33,725 bases of DNA from Planctomycetota bacterium (GCA_036137535.1 JAZABE010000049.1:1-33725); one strand, 5' to 3'. Counted from the stretch's first letter, positions 18,889 to 28,749 are shown. The notes: a model not told the origin generated them from the letters alone. A program made the numbers and translations.

Positions 18889-19379
18889 AGAGAAAGCACG
18901 GAGAGTGCCAAAGGCATTGGAGAAACCGGCTGAGAACCCTAAGCCGTTGAAATTTAAGGGTTTAGGCGCCTAAGTGGGCAGGTGCTCTATCGGAAAAATT
19001 GATGCTTTAAGTTATCCAGTGATGATTTAAATCAACAGAATGTCGGAACAAAGATTCACCGACAGGACTCAGGCCAATCCGGCCAGAGTCGCGGTTTAGT
19101 CGTTCAGACCATGGTTTTGACGGTGCCAAGGGGGCGTTACGGCATCCTCGGAGAGGAGAGGTGAACCCAAAGCCGGTAGCAGGCAAAAGGAAAGGGCTAT
19201 TGTCGATGTGCGATCGAGACGCAAAACTTTGATTTAAACATCCGGGACCATCCCCGAACCACATTCTCCATCATCGCAAGGGCCAGCAGACTGATCAGCG
19301 GCATTCACCGGGGGCGGCCCAGAGATCCATCAAGATCAGACCGGTCGCCTGTAAAGGTTTTGACTCTGCAAGAAAACCA

Positions 19380-21452
19380 ATGTCAGACCTAAGACTCTTT
19401 GACACACTGGATACCATTCGGTCGATCGGAAAGATCAAGGCCCGGGCGCTTTCGAGGCTCGGGCTGAACAGGATCATGGACGCTCTTTTTTTCTTTCCAC
19501 GGGATTACGAGGACCACTCTCAAATCAAAGCAATCAATGAGCTTCGCGACGAAGACCAGGCTTCTGTGATTGGTGAAGTGGTTGATTTTGAGTTGGTGGA
19601 AAAATGGAGGGGCCGGTCCACGTTTTGCGTTTGGATCCAGCAGGGCAACCATGTTTTGCGGGGCATCTGGTTCAACCAGGCCTTCCGGGCAAAGAATGTC
19701 ACAATCGGGGCGACGGTTATGCTGTCAGGCAAGGCCAAGGTGTCCGGTGTCCAGCCGGAAATGACACATCCTAAAATGGTCTCGATCGAAGAGGGTTGCT
19801 TGCCGCAAAGAGGGGCGGTGCTTCCGGTTTACCGGCTGACGGATGGCATTAAGCAAGCAGAATTGAGGCGATGGATCGGCGAGATCGTGACCCAATTTTC
19901 ACCACAGGTTGAGGAAATTTTTCCAGCCGGTTACTTGGCCCAGAAAAACCTCCTTGAAATCCGGGCCGCCCTCCAGCAGATTCATCGGCCGGAAAATCCC
20001 GAAGAGATCGAGCCGGCACGCAATCGGTTTGTTTATCAGGAACTACTGATGTTGCAATTGGCAATCCAGCTGCGAAGAATCCACGTGAACCAGCAGAAAA
20101 CGGCGCCGGCGATTGAGACGAATAGCCGCATCGACTCCAGAATTAAAAAGTACTTTCCTTACGAGCTGACGGCGGCCCAGGAAAAGGCGATTCAGGAAAT
20201 TTCAGGGGATATGGCAAAACAGGTGCCGATGAACCGAATGTTGCATGGCGATGTGGGCTGTGGAAAGACAACGGTCGCCGTCTACGCGCTATTGCTCGCA
20301 GTTGCCAAAGGGCAGCAGGGTGTGTTAATGGCGCCAACGGAGACGTTGGCCCGACAGCACTTTCGGTATCTGCAGACGCTACTGAGAGACTCGCAGGTAC
20401 AGGTCGAGCTATTGGTTGGAGGGCTGGGCAAGAAGGAAAAAGAAAACCTGCTTGCCAAGATCGAACAAGGCCAACCCGGTATTACCATTGGCACGCAGGC
20501 GTTGATTCAAAACCAGATTCACCTTCCGAACCTCGGGCTGGTAATTGTTGACGAGCAACACCGGTTTGGGGTGAATCAACGCGCTTCGCTAAGGCAAAAG
20601 GGAGTGACACCACATTACCTAGTTATGACGGCAACACCGATTCCTCGCACCGTCACGATGACGTTGTTTGGGGATTTGGATGTGAGCAAGATAGATCAAC
20701 GACCTCCCAACCAGACAGCCGTCAACACCTATCTTTGCGAAGAGCCTCAAAAAGAGAAATGGTGGGATTTTGTCAGAAAAAAATTGCGGGAGGGCCGGCA
20801 GGCCTATGTCGTTGCTCCCTTGGTCGATGACGATGAAGCTTCGGCGTGGGCAAGTGTCGAGGAGACTTTTGAGAGTCTTGCCAATGGCGAATTTTCCGAT
20901 TTCACAATCGATTTAGTGCATGGAAAGCAGCCTGGCCAGTACAAAGAAGCCGCGATGCAAAAATTTGCGAACGGTGAAACTCAAGTCTTGGTAGCGACCA
21001 GTGTTGTCGAGGTCGGCATAGACGTGCCCAACGCAACGGTCATGACCATCTTGTCAGCAAATCGTTTTGGTCTGGCCCAGTTGCATCAACTCCGCGGAAG
21101 GGTGTGTCGGGGCAGATTCCCCGGCTATGTGACACTTTTTGCGGAAACAGAGGTCGAAGAAACCCAGGAACGACTGCAGGCGCTGGTCGACACAAACGAT
21201 GGGTTTGAACTGGCGGAAATTGATTTTCAATTGCGGGGGCCAGGTGACTTGTTCGGGACCCGGCAGCACGGGATCCCACCATTATTTGTGGCTAACCTGC
21301 AGAGAGACTATGACCTGCTGGTCGAGACCCGGTCTGATGCGCAGCATCTGTTGAAGGCTGATCCCGGGCTGGACTCTGAGGAATTCTCAGAGGTCAAAAA
21401 ACGGGTTCTAGCAAGGTACGGCAAAACACTCGAACTTGCGGATGTCGGTTAA
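19380..21452 (+). CDS. recG: ATP-dependent DNA helicase RecG
   Basis: After an N-terminal wedge/OB region come FPYELTAAQEKAIQEI..MNRMLHGDVGCGKTTVA, VIVDEQHRFG, LVMTATPIPRT and QLHQLRGRVCRG. The protein is 690 aa. Confidence 0.95.
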   Translation: MSDLRLFDTLDTIRSIGKIKARALSRLGLNRIMDALFFFPRDYEDHSQIKAINELRDEDQASVIGEVVDFELVEKWRGRSTFCVWIQQGNHVLRGIWFNQAFRAKNVTIGATVMLSGKAKVSGVQPEMTHPKMVSIEEGCLPQRGAVLPVYRLTDGIKQAELRRWIGEIVTQFSPQVEEIFPAGYLAQKNLLEIRAALQQIHRPENPEEIEPARNRFVYQELLMLQLAIQLRRIHVNQQKTAPAIETNSRIDSRIKKYFPYELTAAQEKAIQEISGDMAKQVPMNRMLHGDVGCGKTTVAVYALLLAVAKGQQGVLMAPTETLARQHFRYLQTLLRDSQVQVELLVGGLGKKEKENLLAKIEQGQPGITIGTQALIQNQIHLPNLGLVIVDEQHRFGVNQRASLRQKGVTPHYLVMTATPIPRTVTMTLFGDLDVSKIDQRPPNQTAVNTYLCEEPQKEKWWDFVRKKLREGRQAYVVAPLVDDDEASAWASVEETFESLANGEFSDFTIDLVHGKQPGQYKEAAMQKFANGETQVLVATSVVEVGIDVPNATVMTILSANRFGLAQLHQLRGRVCRGRFPGYVTLFAETEVEETQERLQALVDTNDGFELAEIDFQLRGPGDLFGTRQHGIPPLFVANLQRDYDLLVETRSDAQHLLKADPGLDSEEFSEVKKRVLARYGKTLELADVG

Positions 21453-21624
21453 CCAGTGTGCAGCAAATTCAAAACTTCGGTTGTTGTGTAAATTACCAGT
21501 CCCTTTTCGGGCTAAGTCTCGACTTCTGGTTAAGAGCCAGTTCGAACCAAGAGCCCGCTGCTTGTTGATGTCCGGGATCTATGATCTGGTTTTCACCACG
21601 TGTTTTTATAGGGAGACCCCTGTC

Positions 21625-22044
21625 ATGAAAAAAGTTTTAAAAATGAGCGTGATTACGGCGACGGCTTTGCTTCTTTGCCTTGCCGACGCTTCCGCCCAAT
21701 CCAGAACCCGTCCATCTGAATCGGCCGCTGGCAGAAAAGCGGTCAAACGGCTGCCACGTTATTTTACCCACCTCAACTTAAAAGTAGACCAGCTAGAAGA
21801 GGTGGCCCAGATCCAGTCGCGGTACAAGGCAGAAATTTCTGCCCTGGCAAACCAACTGGCTGAACTTAAGGAGGAGCAGCAAAACAAGCTAGAAAAGGTT
21901 TTGACTCGGACTCAAAAATCACTGCTGAATAAATACAAATCAGGTGCCCTAAAAGTGGGTAAGAAAACAGCGGCTTCGAAATCGAAAATCGCTGCCAAGA
22001 AACGGTCAAAAGGTGTAACGACTGATCGTCGAAAAACGCCTTGA
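21625..22044 (+). CDS. Secreted coiled-coil protein, Spy/CpxP-like (LTxxQ motif)
   Basis: The start was chosen at MKKVLKMSVITATALLLCLADASAQ, which is a signal peptide. The body is helical with an LTRTQ (LTxxQ) motif, and the tail is basic. The track ORF from 21436 overlaps the recG end and looks like an artefactual extension. Confidence 0.5.
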   Translation: MKKVLKMSVITATALLLCLADASAQSRTRPSESAAGRKAVKRLPRYFTHLNLKVDQLEEVAQIQSRYKAEISALANQLAELKEEQQNKLEKVLTRTQKSLLNKYKSGALKVGKKTAASKSKIAAKKRSKGVTTDRRKTP

Positions 22045-22098
22045 ACGGGACCCGTGCGGATTGCAAGTGTTATCTGCGGTTTTGCCAAACGGTAAACA

Positions 22099-22126
22099 AC
22101 AGGCCCGGTAAATCCCGGCCTGTTTT
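22099..22126 (+). terminator. Probable intrinsic terminator between convergent genes
   Basis: The arms acaggcc (22099-22105) and ggcctgt (22117-22123) form a stem, with a few extra G-C pairs inside. The plus strand continues with TTT, while the minus-strand flank is only partly T-rich. Confidence 0.5.
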
Positions 22127-22376
22127 GCCTGTACCCGGCAGCCGCGGTTTTAGCTTTTGGCGTAGAAGCCGTTTTTGCAGGCACACCCGACTGGCGGTGC
22201 TTTCCGTTTGACAGTTGTGCATCAGGTAGAAGCCGATTCCAACCCATTAAACGTCTTTGACCAAGGCTTGCATCCGAGGATCAGGGGCACACCAACATCG
22301 GGAGCGGGCCTCAGGTCCATCCTGTCAGCGATGGTGGTTTGAGCACACCGCGAGAACTCCCAGGGACCAGGCGGGT

Positions 22377-22961
22377 TCAGTAAGGTCTTCGGGGCATGAT
22401 TCGGGGGAAAGGGGGTTCTTCTTTTGAGGGAAGAGTCTGCCCGGTTTGTTCTTGCCAACTCTCACGGTCCCGATTGGACGCATAGTACCGCAACCACGTC
22501 TCTTGGTCATCTGCTGAGTCAATGCAATGCCAATGTAAATAATTTTTTGGCAGGTCAACCTTTTTTTCGCTGGCAGGAAGGATGTCGCGAATAATTAGAC
22601 AGTAAAGATCGTGATCCGATAAATGGCTCGTAAAATCGAGGACAATTTTTTCCTGATAGAGCCTGTCGATCGTCTCGACCAGGATTTCCGACAACTCCTC
22701 ACCTGACATGCTGTCCGGCGGCGGAAGTACCAGCACTGGGTCGAACCACTTGCAGATAGGGAGTACGGGAGCTTTTTCCCAAGCGAGCATGGAGGCTAAA
22801 AACTCATTCTCAGATTGAGTCGTCAGCTGGTTTGTGTCTACCAGGCTGACAGATTCATCCAAATAGGGCTCCAGTTCAGTGCGGAGTTGAGCATTGAGAA
22901 GAAGTTGGTCGACTTCGATCGATTTGTAGTTTGGTTCTGTGGCCATCGCTAGATGAAACAC
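22377..22961 (-). CDS. Hypothetical protein, 194 aa, no family recognised
   Basis: The ORF is clean with an acidic, non-repetitive composition and no signal peptide or transmembrane segment. An alternative start gives MATEPNYK at 22946. Confidence 0.55.
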   Translation of the reverse strand: MFHLAMATEPNYKSIEVDQLLLNAQLRTELEPYLDESVSLVDTNQLTTQSENEFLASMLAWEKAPVLPICKWFDPVLVLPPPDSMSGEELSEILVETIDRLYQEKIVLDFTSHLSDHDLYCLIIRDILPASEKKVDLPKNYLHWHCIDSADDQETWLRYYASNRDRESWQEQTGQTLPSKEEPPFPRIMPRRPY

Positions 22962-22986
22962 CCTCTATTCAGTTCAAAAACATCTT

Positions 22987-23256
22987 TTAGTTGACTGTAT
23001 CAACCTCCACAAACCCATCAAGATTCCATCTTGAATCAAATGGCTGAAAATCAAAGATAGTTCTAGAGGTTGCTGACATGATTTGCACAATCGCCAACGT
23101 TGAAGCGATACAGTCGGCACAACCCGAATTGTTTTCCTGTTTTTTCTGTTCGATTTGGCGCCTTTCGATTTGCCAAGCGAAGAATGGGTCGAAAAAAGGA
23201 GCGGGAATAGAGCCTGACGCTGTTCCGCAGGCGGCCGAAACCGACTGGGCCACCAT
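22987..23256 (-). CDS. Possible small ORF (89 aa) upstream of the 194-aa hypothetical gene
   Basis: It is one of three mutually overlapping ORFs in the 358-bp gap between dcd and the 194-aa gene. It ends 25 nt before that gene's first ATG on the same strand. I recognise no motif. Confidence 0.2.
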   Translation of the reverse strand: MVAQSVSAACGTASGSIPAPFFDPFFAWQIERRQIEQKKQENNSGCADCIASTLAIVQIMSATSRTIFDFQPFDSRWNLDGFVEVDTVN

Positions 23257-23319
23257 CCCGGGGCGATCAATGGGTTGGGCCAGTAAGCCAACTGGAACCC
23301 GAACAAAACCGGGCCGACT

Positions 23320-23865
23320 TCAAGCGTTTTCCTCGGGCCCCCGGGAGGCTAGTTCCTGAAACAGGAAGCTTGGCTGGATGTCATCGTTGTTCTGGTATTT
23401 GCCACTTTGGTATTCAACAATATTGGTGCCGGCAATTTCATGGTAAAAAATTTGGCAGATTTCAACGCCAGCGTAGATGCGAACTGGTTGCACGGCAAAC
23501 ATCTCGAGTGTCCAAAAGCCTTTAAAGCCAACATCGCCAAACCCAGCGGTGACGTGCACAAACAGCCCCAGTCTTCCAATGGAAGAGCGACCTTCAATCA
23601 TGGGCACCAGTTCATGCGTTTCAGTTTTCTCGACAGTTCGGGCGAGGTAAAGTCGATTGGGCTCAAGCACCATGCCACCCGGGGGGATTTGGAGCCGCTC
23701 TGTTCTGTTGGGTTTTTTCATGTCGAGCGTCGGATCGACATAAACCATCAGGTCTTCATGGAGCGTGAGATTGTAGCTGTTTGGGTTGATTCGCGATTCA
23801 TGGAACGGATCGATAAAGATCTTTTTGCCAATCTGTTTTTGAATTTCGGTACCAGAAAGAATCAT
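23320..23865 (-). CDS. dcd: dCTP deaminase
   Basis: Matches are MILSGTEI...INPNSYNLTL, the active-site loop IEGRSSIGRLGLFVHVTAGFGD.GF.G and the TLE motif. The 181-aa length also fits. Confidence 0.88.
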   Translation of the reverse strand: MILSGTEIQKQIGKKIFIDPFHESRINPNSYNLTLHEDLMVYVDPTLDMKKPNRTERLQIPPGGMVLEPNRLYLARTVEKTETHELVPMIEGRSSIGRLGLFVHVTAGFGDVGFKGFWTLEMFAVQPVRIYAGVEICQIFYHEIAGTNIVEYQSGKYQNNDDIQPSFLFQELASRGPEENA

Positions 23866-24047
23866 GGTTGATCAACTTGTTGAATTTTGGGGACACGGCC
23901 AGTTTAAACCGTTAAAAGCAAGTGCAACAGCAGAGAGCCTTGAATCTGAAAGGGTGGCGCTAGGGGGTGAAACCGTGAAGCCGACCTAAAATCAATTCCA
24001 ATACAATGTTACGATAAGGTCTGTGTCCGAAACCAGGGTCCTCAACC

Positions 24048-27017
24048 ATGCCAACGCTTACCCTAAACGAACGAAAGATCTTGTACGACGATCTTAAAGG
24101 CGTGGTGTCGGGCGAGGTTTACACAGACGAAATCTACGCCCATCTTTATTCAACGGATGCCAGCTTATACGAATTGGAGCCTTCAGCAATTGTTCGACCG
24201 GCGTCTGTTCAAGACGTAGTGAATTGCGTGAAATATGCGTCTGAGCATCAGCTCACGGTGACCCCTCGAGGTGCGGGCACCGGGTTGGCAGGGGAATCGT
24301 TGAACCGGGGGATCATACTCGATTTCTCACAATCGATGCGGCGAGTTCTCAGTTTTGATGAGCAGGCGATTTCGGTGCAACCGGGCGCGGTGCTGGGAAA
24401 TTTGAATCGGCAGCTGGAAAAACACGGTCGATTGATCGGTCCAGACCCATCAACCAGAAATGTTACCACGATAGGCGGAATGGTATCGATCGACTCCTCA
24501 GGCAGTCATTGGCTTAAATATGGCAGTGCCAGGAACAAGGTTTTGGGGCTACAGGTCGTTCTGGCAGACGGTAGCTTGATTGAGACCAGCGAGACCCATT
24601 TTCACAGTGTTGATTTTGATCGATTTCGCAAAAATGAAATCGTAAACAAGCTGTCGGGTATTATTCGGAACCACCGGACAACCATTGAGACAACCCAGTT
24701 TCAGGGCGTCAACAATCGATCCGGTTATAACCTGCAGGAAACCCGCACTCAGGCCGGGCAAATCGACTTAAATAAGCTGTTCACCGGGTCGGAAGGCACT
24801 CTTGGAATAATCACTGGGGTGACCCTGGAGACCGATAAGGTGCCCAGTTGCCGGGGCGTTTGCCTGTTGTTTTTTGAACGAATGGAAAAAGCGGCGGAAG
24901 CGATATCAATGATCCGGGAGTTGCAGCCGGTCGCCTGTGACCTGATGGATCGGCGGCTCTTGAACATCACGCGCGAGACGGAAAGGGGTCTGGGTGACAC
25001 CATGCCAGCGCTGGCGGAGGTGATGGTTCTGGTCGAGTTTGATGGCGACTCCAGAGACGCCATTGCCGGATTGCTGGACAAAACGATCCGAAAAATACAG
25101 CGTCAACATCGACTGGCTTTTCATTCCGTCAGCACAGTAGACCCGGACTTAAGGGGGCAATATTGGCGACTGTTCCGACGCGTGATACCGCGGTTGTCTC
25201 GCTTGGCCGGCTCAGTTTCGACGGCGCCGTTTGTCGAGGACATGGCCGTACCACCGGAAAAAATGCACGAATTTATCGTTGGGGCGCAAAAGATTCTGCG
25301 GAAACACCAAGTCACAGCGTCTATTTTTGCCCACGCAGGTCATGGGCAAACGCACATCCGCCCCTTTGTGGATTTTTCGAATCGAGAACGGTTGAAACAA
25401 ACCATTCAGGCGGTTTCCGCGGAATTGACTGAGTTCGTCTTGGAATGCGGTGGGACGATTAGCGGGGAACATGGTGACGGCTTAAGCCGAACGTATTATT
25501 TGAAAAAGCAATTTGGAGATCTTTACCCAGTTTTTCGTGAGGTCAAAAGACTGTTTGACCCGGATGGAATCTTAAATCCAGGCAAGATAGTTGCGAATAT
25601 CCCGAAGAGCCCGGAGAGCAATCTGCGGACGAACTTCAAAACCTGGAATCCCCGGGAAGAGGGGCTGCCGATACTGGAACCTACCCTGCCGTGGACAGTG
25701 GAAGAAATGGCCAGCACCGTTCGGGCTTGTAACGGTTGCGGTCGCTGCCGGACCGCCTTGCCGTCAGAACGGATGTGCCCAATTTTCCGGATGCTGCCCA
25801 GTGAGGAGGCCTCACCACGTGCCAAAGCTAACCTCATGCGAGGGGTTTTGTCTGAAAGCTTGAGCGAGGAATTGGTTGGCAGCCCGGAGTTCAAAAAGGT
25901 TGCCGACCTTTGTGTTAACTGTCATCAATGCAGAAAAGAGTGTCCCGCGGAAGTGGACATTCCGAAATTGATGATGGAAGCCAAATCCCAACACGTGCTT
26001 AAGAATGGCCTCAGCTTTTCCCAGGGGCTGTTGGCGCGGCTGGACATTCTCTGCAAGTTAGGATCGAGTTTCAGCTGGGGTGCGAACCTCCTGAATCGCA
26101 GCCGGGTTTTCCGTTGGTTCCTAGAAAAAATGACGGGCATTGCCCAGGGGCGCAAACTGCCTCGGTTTAGCCGGAGAAGTTTTTTATCGAAGGCGATTTG
26201 GCGCAAAAAATTATCAACCCTGAGCAATGAACCGGGTCCGAAAGTGGCCTACTTCGTCGATGCTGTTCCTAACTGGATTGATACCGAACTCAGTGAAGTG
26301 CTGGTCGAGGTGATGGAACGAAACGGGATCAGCGTTTATGTTCCTCCGGCCCAAGAGTTCTCGGCATTGTCGTTGATATCCAACGGGGTTGTGGAGAAAG
26401 CGATTAAAGTTGCCCGCAAGAACGTAGAGATGCTCGCCGAAGCGATTCGGGCTGGGTATCATGTTGTCACGGTTGAACCCGGGGCAGCTCTTTGCTTGAC
26501 CCATGAATACCGCAAAATCCTCGGAGGGGACGATGACGTGGAGTTGGTCGCCAACAACACCTCTGAAATCTGCCACTACCTCTGGGATTTGCACCTGGAT
26601 GGCCGGCTGGACACGGATTTTGAGTCCATTAATGAGACCGTGGGATACCATTGGCCTTGCCACCAGCGGGCGCTATCTGATTTTCCACCTGGATTCGAAT
26701 TGCTGAAATTGATTCCAAAGCTGAATGTCGTTTCAATTGAAAAAGGATGTTCTGGGATGGCGGGCACGTTTGGACTGATGAAACAGAACTATCGCAAAAG
26801 CTTGCGGGCCGGTTGGGGATTAATATCAGCACTTCGACAGAGCGAAATTACCTTGGGGACAACGGAGTGCTCAGCCTGTAAAATGCAAATGGAGCAAGGC
26901 ACGACCAAGCCGACACACCACCCCCTTAAGCTGATTGCCCAGGCCTACGGCTATTTACCCAGGGCTTTAAGGCAGGCCCATCCACCAACCCACTCAAGAA
27001 ACAATCCAATCCAATGA
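24048..27017 (+). CDS. YdiJ-like FAD-linked oxidase fused to an Fe-S / CCG-domain module (GlcD-GlcF-type fusion; 2-hydroxyacid dehydrogenase family)
   Basis: An N-terminal FAD_binding_4-type region (VTPRGAGTGLAGES) is followed by an oxidase C-domain (GTISGEHGDGL) and two 4Fe-4S cysteine motifs (CNGCGRCRTALPSERMCP, CVNCHQCRKECP). C-terminal Cys-rich CCG-like repeats follow. The protein is 989 aa. Confidence 0.85.
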   Translation: MPTLTLNERKILYDDLKGVVSGEVYTDEIYAHLYSTDASLYELEPSAIVRPASVQDVVNCVKYASEHQLTVTPRGAGTGLAGESLNRGIILDFSQSMRRVLSFDEQAISVQPGAVLGNLNRQLEKHGRLIGPDPSTRNVTTIGGMVSIDSSGSHWLKYGSARNKVLGLQVVLADGSLIETSETHFHSVDFDRFRKNEIVNKLSGIIRNHRTTIETTQFQGVNNRSGYNLQETRTQAGQIDLNKLFTGSEGTLGIITGVTLETDKVPSCRGVCLLFFERMEKAAEAISMIRELQPVACDLMDRRLLNITRETERGLGDTMPALAEVMVLVEFDGDSRDAIAGLLDKTIRKIQRQHRLAFHSVSTVDPDLRGQYWRLFRRVIPRLSRLAGSVSTAPFVEDMAVPPEKMHEFIVGAQKILRKHQVTASIFAHAGHGQTHIRPFVDFSNRERLKQTIQAVSAELTEFVLECGGTISGEHGDGLSRTYYLKKQFGDLYPVFREVKRLFDPDGILNPGKIVANIPKSPESNLRTNFKTWNPREEGLPILEPTLPWTVEEMASTVRACNGCGRCRTALPSERMCPIFRMLPSEEASPRAKANLMRGVLSESLSEELVGSPEFKKVADLCVNCHQCRKECPAEVDIPKLMMEAKSQHVLKNGLSFSQGLLARLDILCKLGSSFSWGANLLNRSRVFRWFLEKMTGIAQGRKLPRFSRRSFLSKAIWRKKLSTLSNEPGPKVAYFVDAVPNWIDTELSEVLVEVMERNGISVYVPPAQEFSALSLISNGVVEKAIKVARKNVEMLAEAIRAGYHVVTVEPGAALCLTHEYRKILGGDDDVELVANNTSEICHYLWDLHLDGRLDTDFESINETVGYHWPCHQRALSDFPPGFELLKLIPKLNVVSIEKGCSGMAGTFGLMKQNYRKSLRAGWGLISALRQSEITLGTTECSACKMQMEQGTTKPTHHPLKLIAQAYGYLPRALRQAHPPTHSRNNPIQ

Positions 27018-27253
27018 AAATTTTGTTGTTTGCCGGACTTAAAGAAGCAATAGGTGACCAGGACATCCAAATCGAGGTTGTCGGGAAAACTGTTCAAGAA
27101 ATCAAAACAGAGTTGACGAACTGCTACCCTCAGGCAGAAAACCTGATTCTCCGGTCGCATTTTGCGGTGGGCAATGACTACGTCAGCGACCATTTTCGGT
27201 TCGAAGCGGTTCCAGCTGAAATCGCTATTATCCCTCCTGTTAGTGGAGGTTAG
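27014..27253 (+). CDS. moaD: Molybdopterin synthase sulfur-carrier subunit MoaD
   Basis: This 79-aa ubiquitin-like protein ends in PPVSGG. Its ATG overlaps the upstream stop codon (ATGA at 27014-27017). Confidence 0.85.
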   Translation: MKILLFAGLKEAIGDQDIQIEVVGKTVQEIKTELTNCYPQAENLILRSHFAVGNDYVSDHFRFEAVPAEIAIIPPVSGG

Positions 27254-27258
27254 TTTTC

Positions 27259-27708
27259 GTGATTGAGATTGTTAATTCCAAGATAGACAGCAATGATTTA
27301 TTGACGAAGGTCAGCACAAACCGAACCGGGGCCGTCGTCCTGTTCCAGGGAAATACCCGCGAATTTACGGCTGGAAAGCAGACCACGTTTTTGAGCTACG
27401 AATGTTATCACGAGATGGCAGAACAAAAACTCAAAGAGCTCCGGGAAAAAGCAATCCAACAATGGGGTTTGGTCGATGTGGCAATCGTTCATCGCATTGG
27501 AAGAGTCGACCCCGGTGAAACAAGCGTGGCTATCGCGGTCTCTTCTGAGCATCGAAAACCAGCGTTTGAGGCAGGAAGTTGGCTGATAGATATGTTGAAA
27601 AACGTGGTGCCCATCTGGAAACAGGAAACCTGGGCCGACGGAACCACTGAATGGGCCCACCCCCAAAACAATAAAACACATAGCAGCTCGGCGACACAAA
27701 ATTCATAA
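27259..27708 (+). CDS. moaE: Molybdopterin synthase catalytic subunit MoaE
   Basis: Matches are GAVVLFQGNTREFT, the VAIVHRIGRVDPGETSVAIAVSSEHR block and VPIWKQE. The GTG start lies 8 nt after GGAGGT. Confidence 0.9.
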   Translation: MIEIVNSKIDSNDLLTKVSTNRTGAVVLFQGNTREFTAGKQTTFLSYECYHEMAEQKLKELREKAIQQWGLVDVAIVHRIGRVDPGETSVAIAVSSEHRKPAFEAGSWLIDMLKNVVPIWKQETWADGTTEWAHPQNNKTHSSSATQNS

Positions 27709-27741
27709 GCGTTCAGCCGCTTTTGGTATAACTTGAATTCA

Positions 27742-28749
27742 ATGAACGTTCAGAATGCTAGTCCGATCGTCGATTCTTACGGCCGAGTTCACCGGAACTT
27801 GCGGCTCAGTGTCACCGATCGCTGTAACATACGGTGTTTTTACTGCATGCCCGCCGACCAGGTGGAGTTTTTGCCGCGGAAAGAACTGTTGACCTTTGAA
27901 GAAATCACCCGGTTCGTGGAGATTGTTGCGCGGCTCGGCGTGCACCGGGTTCGGCTGACTGGCGGTGAACCGCTGGTTCGTAAAGACGTGTCGCAGCTGG
28001 TGTCCCGCCTGGCCCGAATCAACGGTATTGAAGACATCGCAATGACGACCAACGGGCTGCTGTTGGCCGACCATGCAGAAGAACTTCGCGACGCCGGTCT
28101 CAGCCGACTTAATATTAGTCTTGATGGTTTGCAGGAAGAAACGTTTCGTCGCATCTCTCGCCGATCGGGAATCGATAAAGTGGTCGCCGGAATCGACAAG
28201 GCAATTGGGGCCGGCTTTAAAACGATTAGGTTGAACGCGGTTTCAATAGCAGGCATTACCGAAAAAGAAGTGCTGCCTCTGGCGCGGTTTGCGAAGGAAC
28301 GGTCACTGGAACTTCGGTTTATTGAATTTATGCCGCTGGACGCGGAGAACTCCTGGCAACAGGAGCTGGTGCTGTCGGGCGAAACAGTCAAATCGTGTTT
28401 GGAATCCGAGCTGGGGCCGTTGATTCCTGCCAAACGAACGGATCCCTCCCAGCCCTCCCAGGATTTTGTGTTCAAAGAAGGTGGGGGAACGATTGGCTTT
28501 ATTAACCCCGTTTCACAGCCGTTTTGCAGCGACTGTAATCGGCTGAGGCTAACGGCAGAGGGACAACTTAGAAATTGCTTGTTTTCGACGAAAGAATGGG
28601 ATATCCGGCAAATGCTTCGGGGCGGCGCCGATGAGCCAGCCATTGAACGTCAGGTGCGAGACTGTGTCGCCGTCAAAAAGGCGGCCCACGGTATCGATTC
28701 AACGGATTTTGAGCGACCAGAAAAGTCAATGTACCAGATCGGTGGTTGA
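27742..28749 (+). CDS. moaA: GTP 3',8-cyclase MoaA (radical SAM)
   Basis: Matches are LRLSVTDRCNIRCFYCMP (the CxxxCxxC cluster), RLTGGEPL, the second cluster region NPVSQPFCSDCNRLRLTAEGQLRNCLF and the C-terminal GG. The track ORF begins at a TTG at 27733. Confidence 0.95.
   Translation: MNVQNASPIVDSYGRVHRNLRLSVTDRCNIRCFYCMPADQVEFLPRKELLTFEEITRFVEIVARLGVHRVRLTGGEPLVRKDVSQLVSRLARINGIEDIAMTTNGLLLADHAEELRDAGLSRLNISLDGLQEETFRRISRRSGIDKVVAGIDKAIGAGFKTIRLNAVSIAGITEKEVLPLARFAKERSLELRFIEFMPLDAENSWQQELVLSGETVKSCLESELGPLIPAKRTDPSQPSQDFVFKEGGGTIGFINPVSQPFCSDCNRLRLTAEGQLRNCLFSTKEWDIRQMLRGGADEPAIERQVRDCVAVKKAAHGIDSTDFERPEKSMYQIGG

Noticed and set aside
21535-21560. An AGTTCGAACC segment resembling a tRNA T-loop
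   Set aside because: The flanking bases cannot form a T-stem or an acceptor stem on either strand. I found no tRNA anywhere in the window.
23866-24047. A possible Moco riboswitch upstream of the oxidoreductase-moaDEA operon
   Set aside because: I could not find the conserved Moco-motif sequence blocks by eye, and only generic G-rich stretches are present. A cmscan would be needed, so no claim is made.
27840-28643. A 267-aa minus-strand ORF
   Set aside because: It is antisense to moaA, which has the radical-SAM CxxxCxxC motif and a full-length MoaA pattern. The antisense product is Ser/Arg/Pro-rich with no motif.
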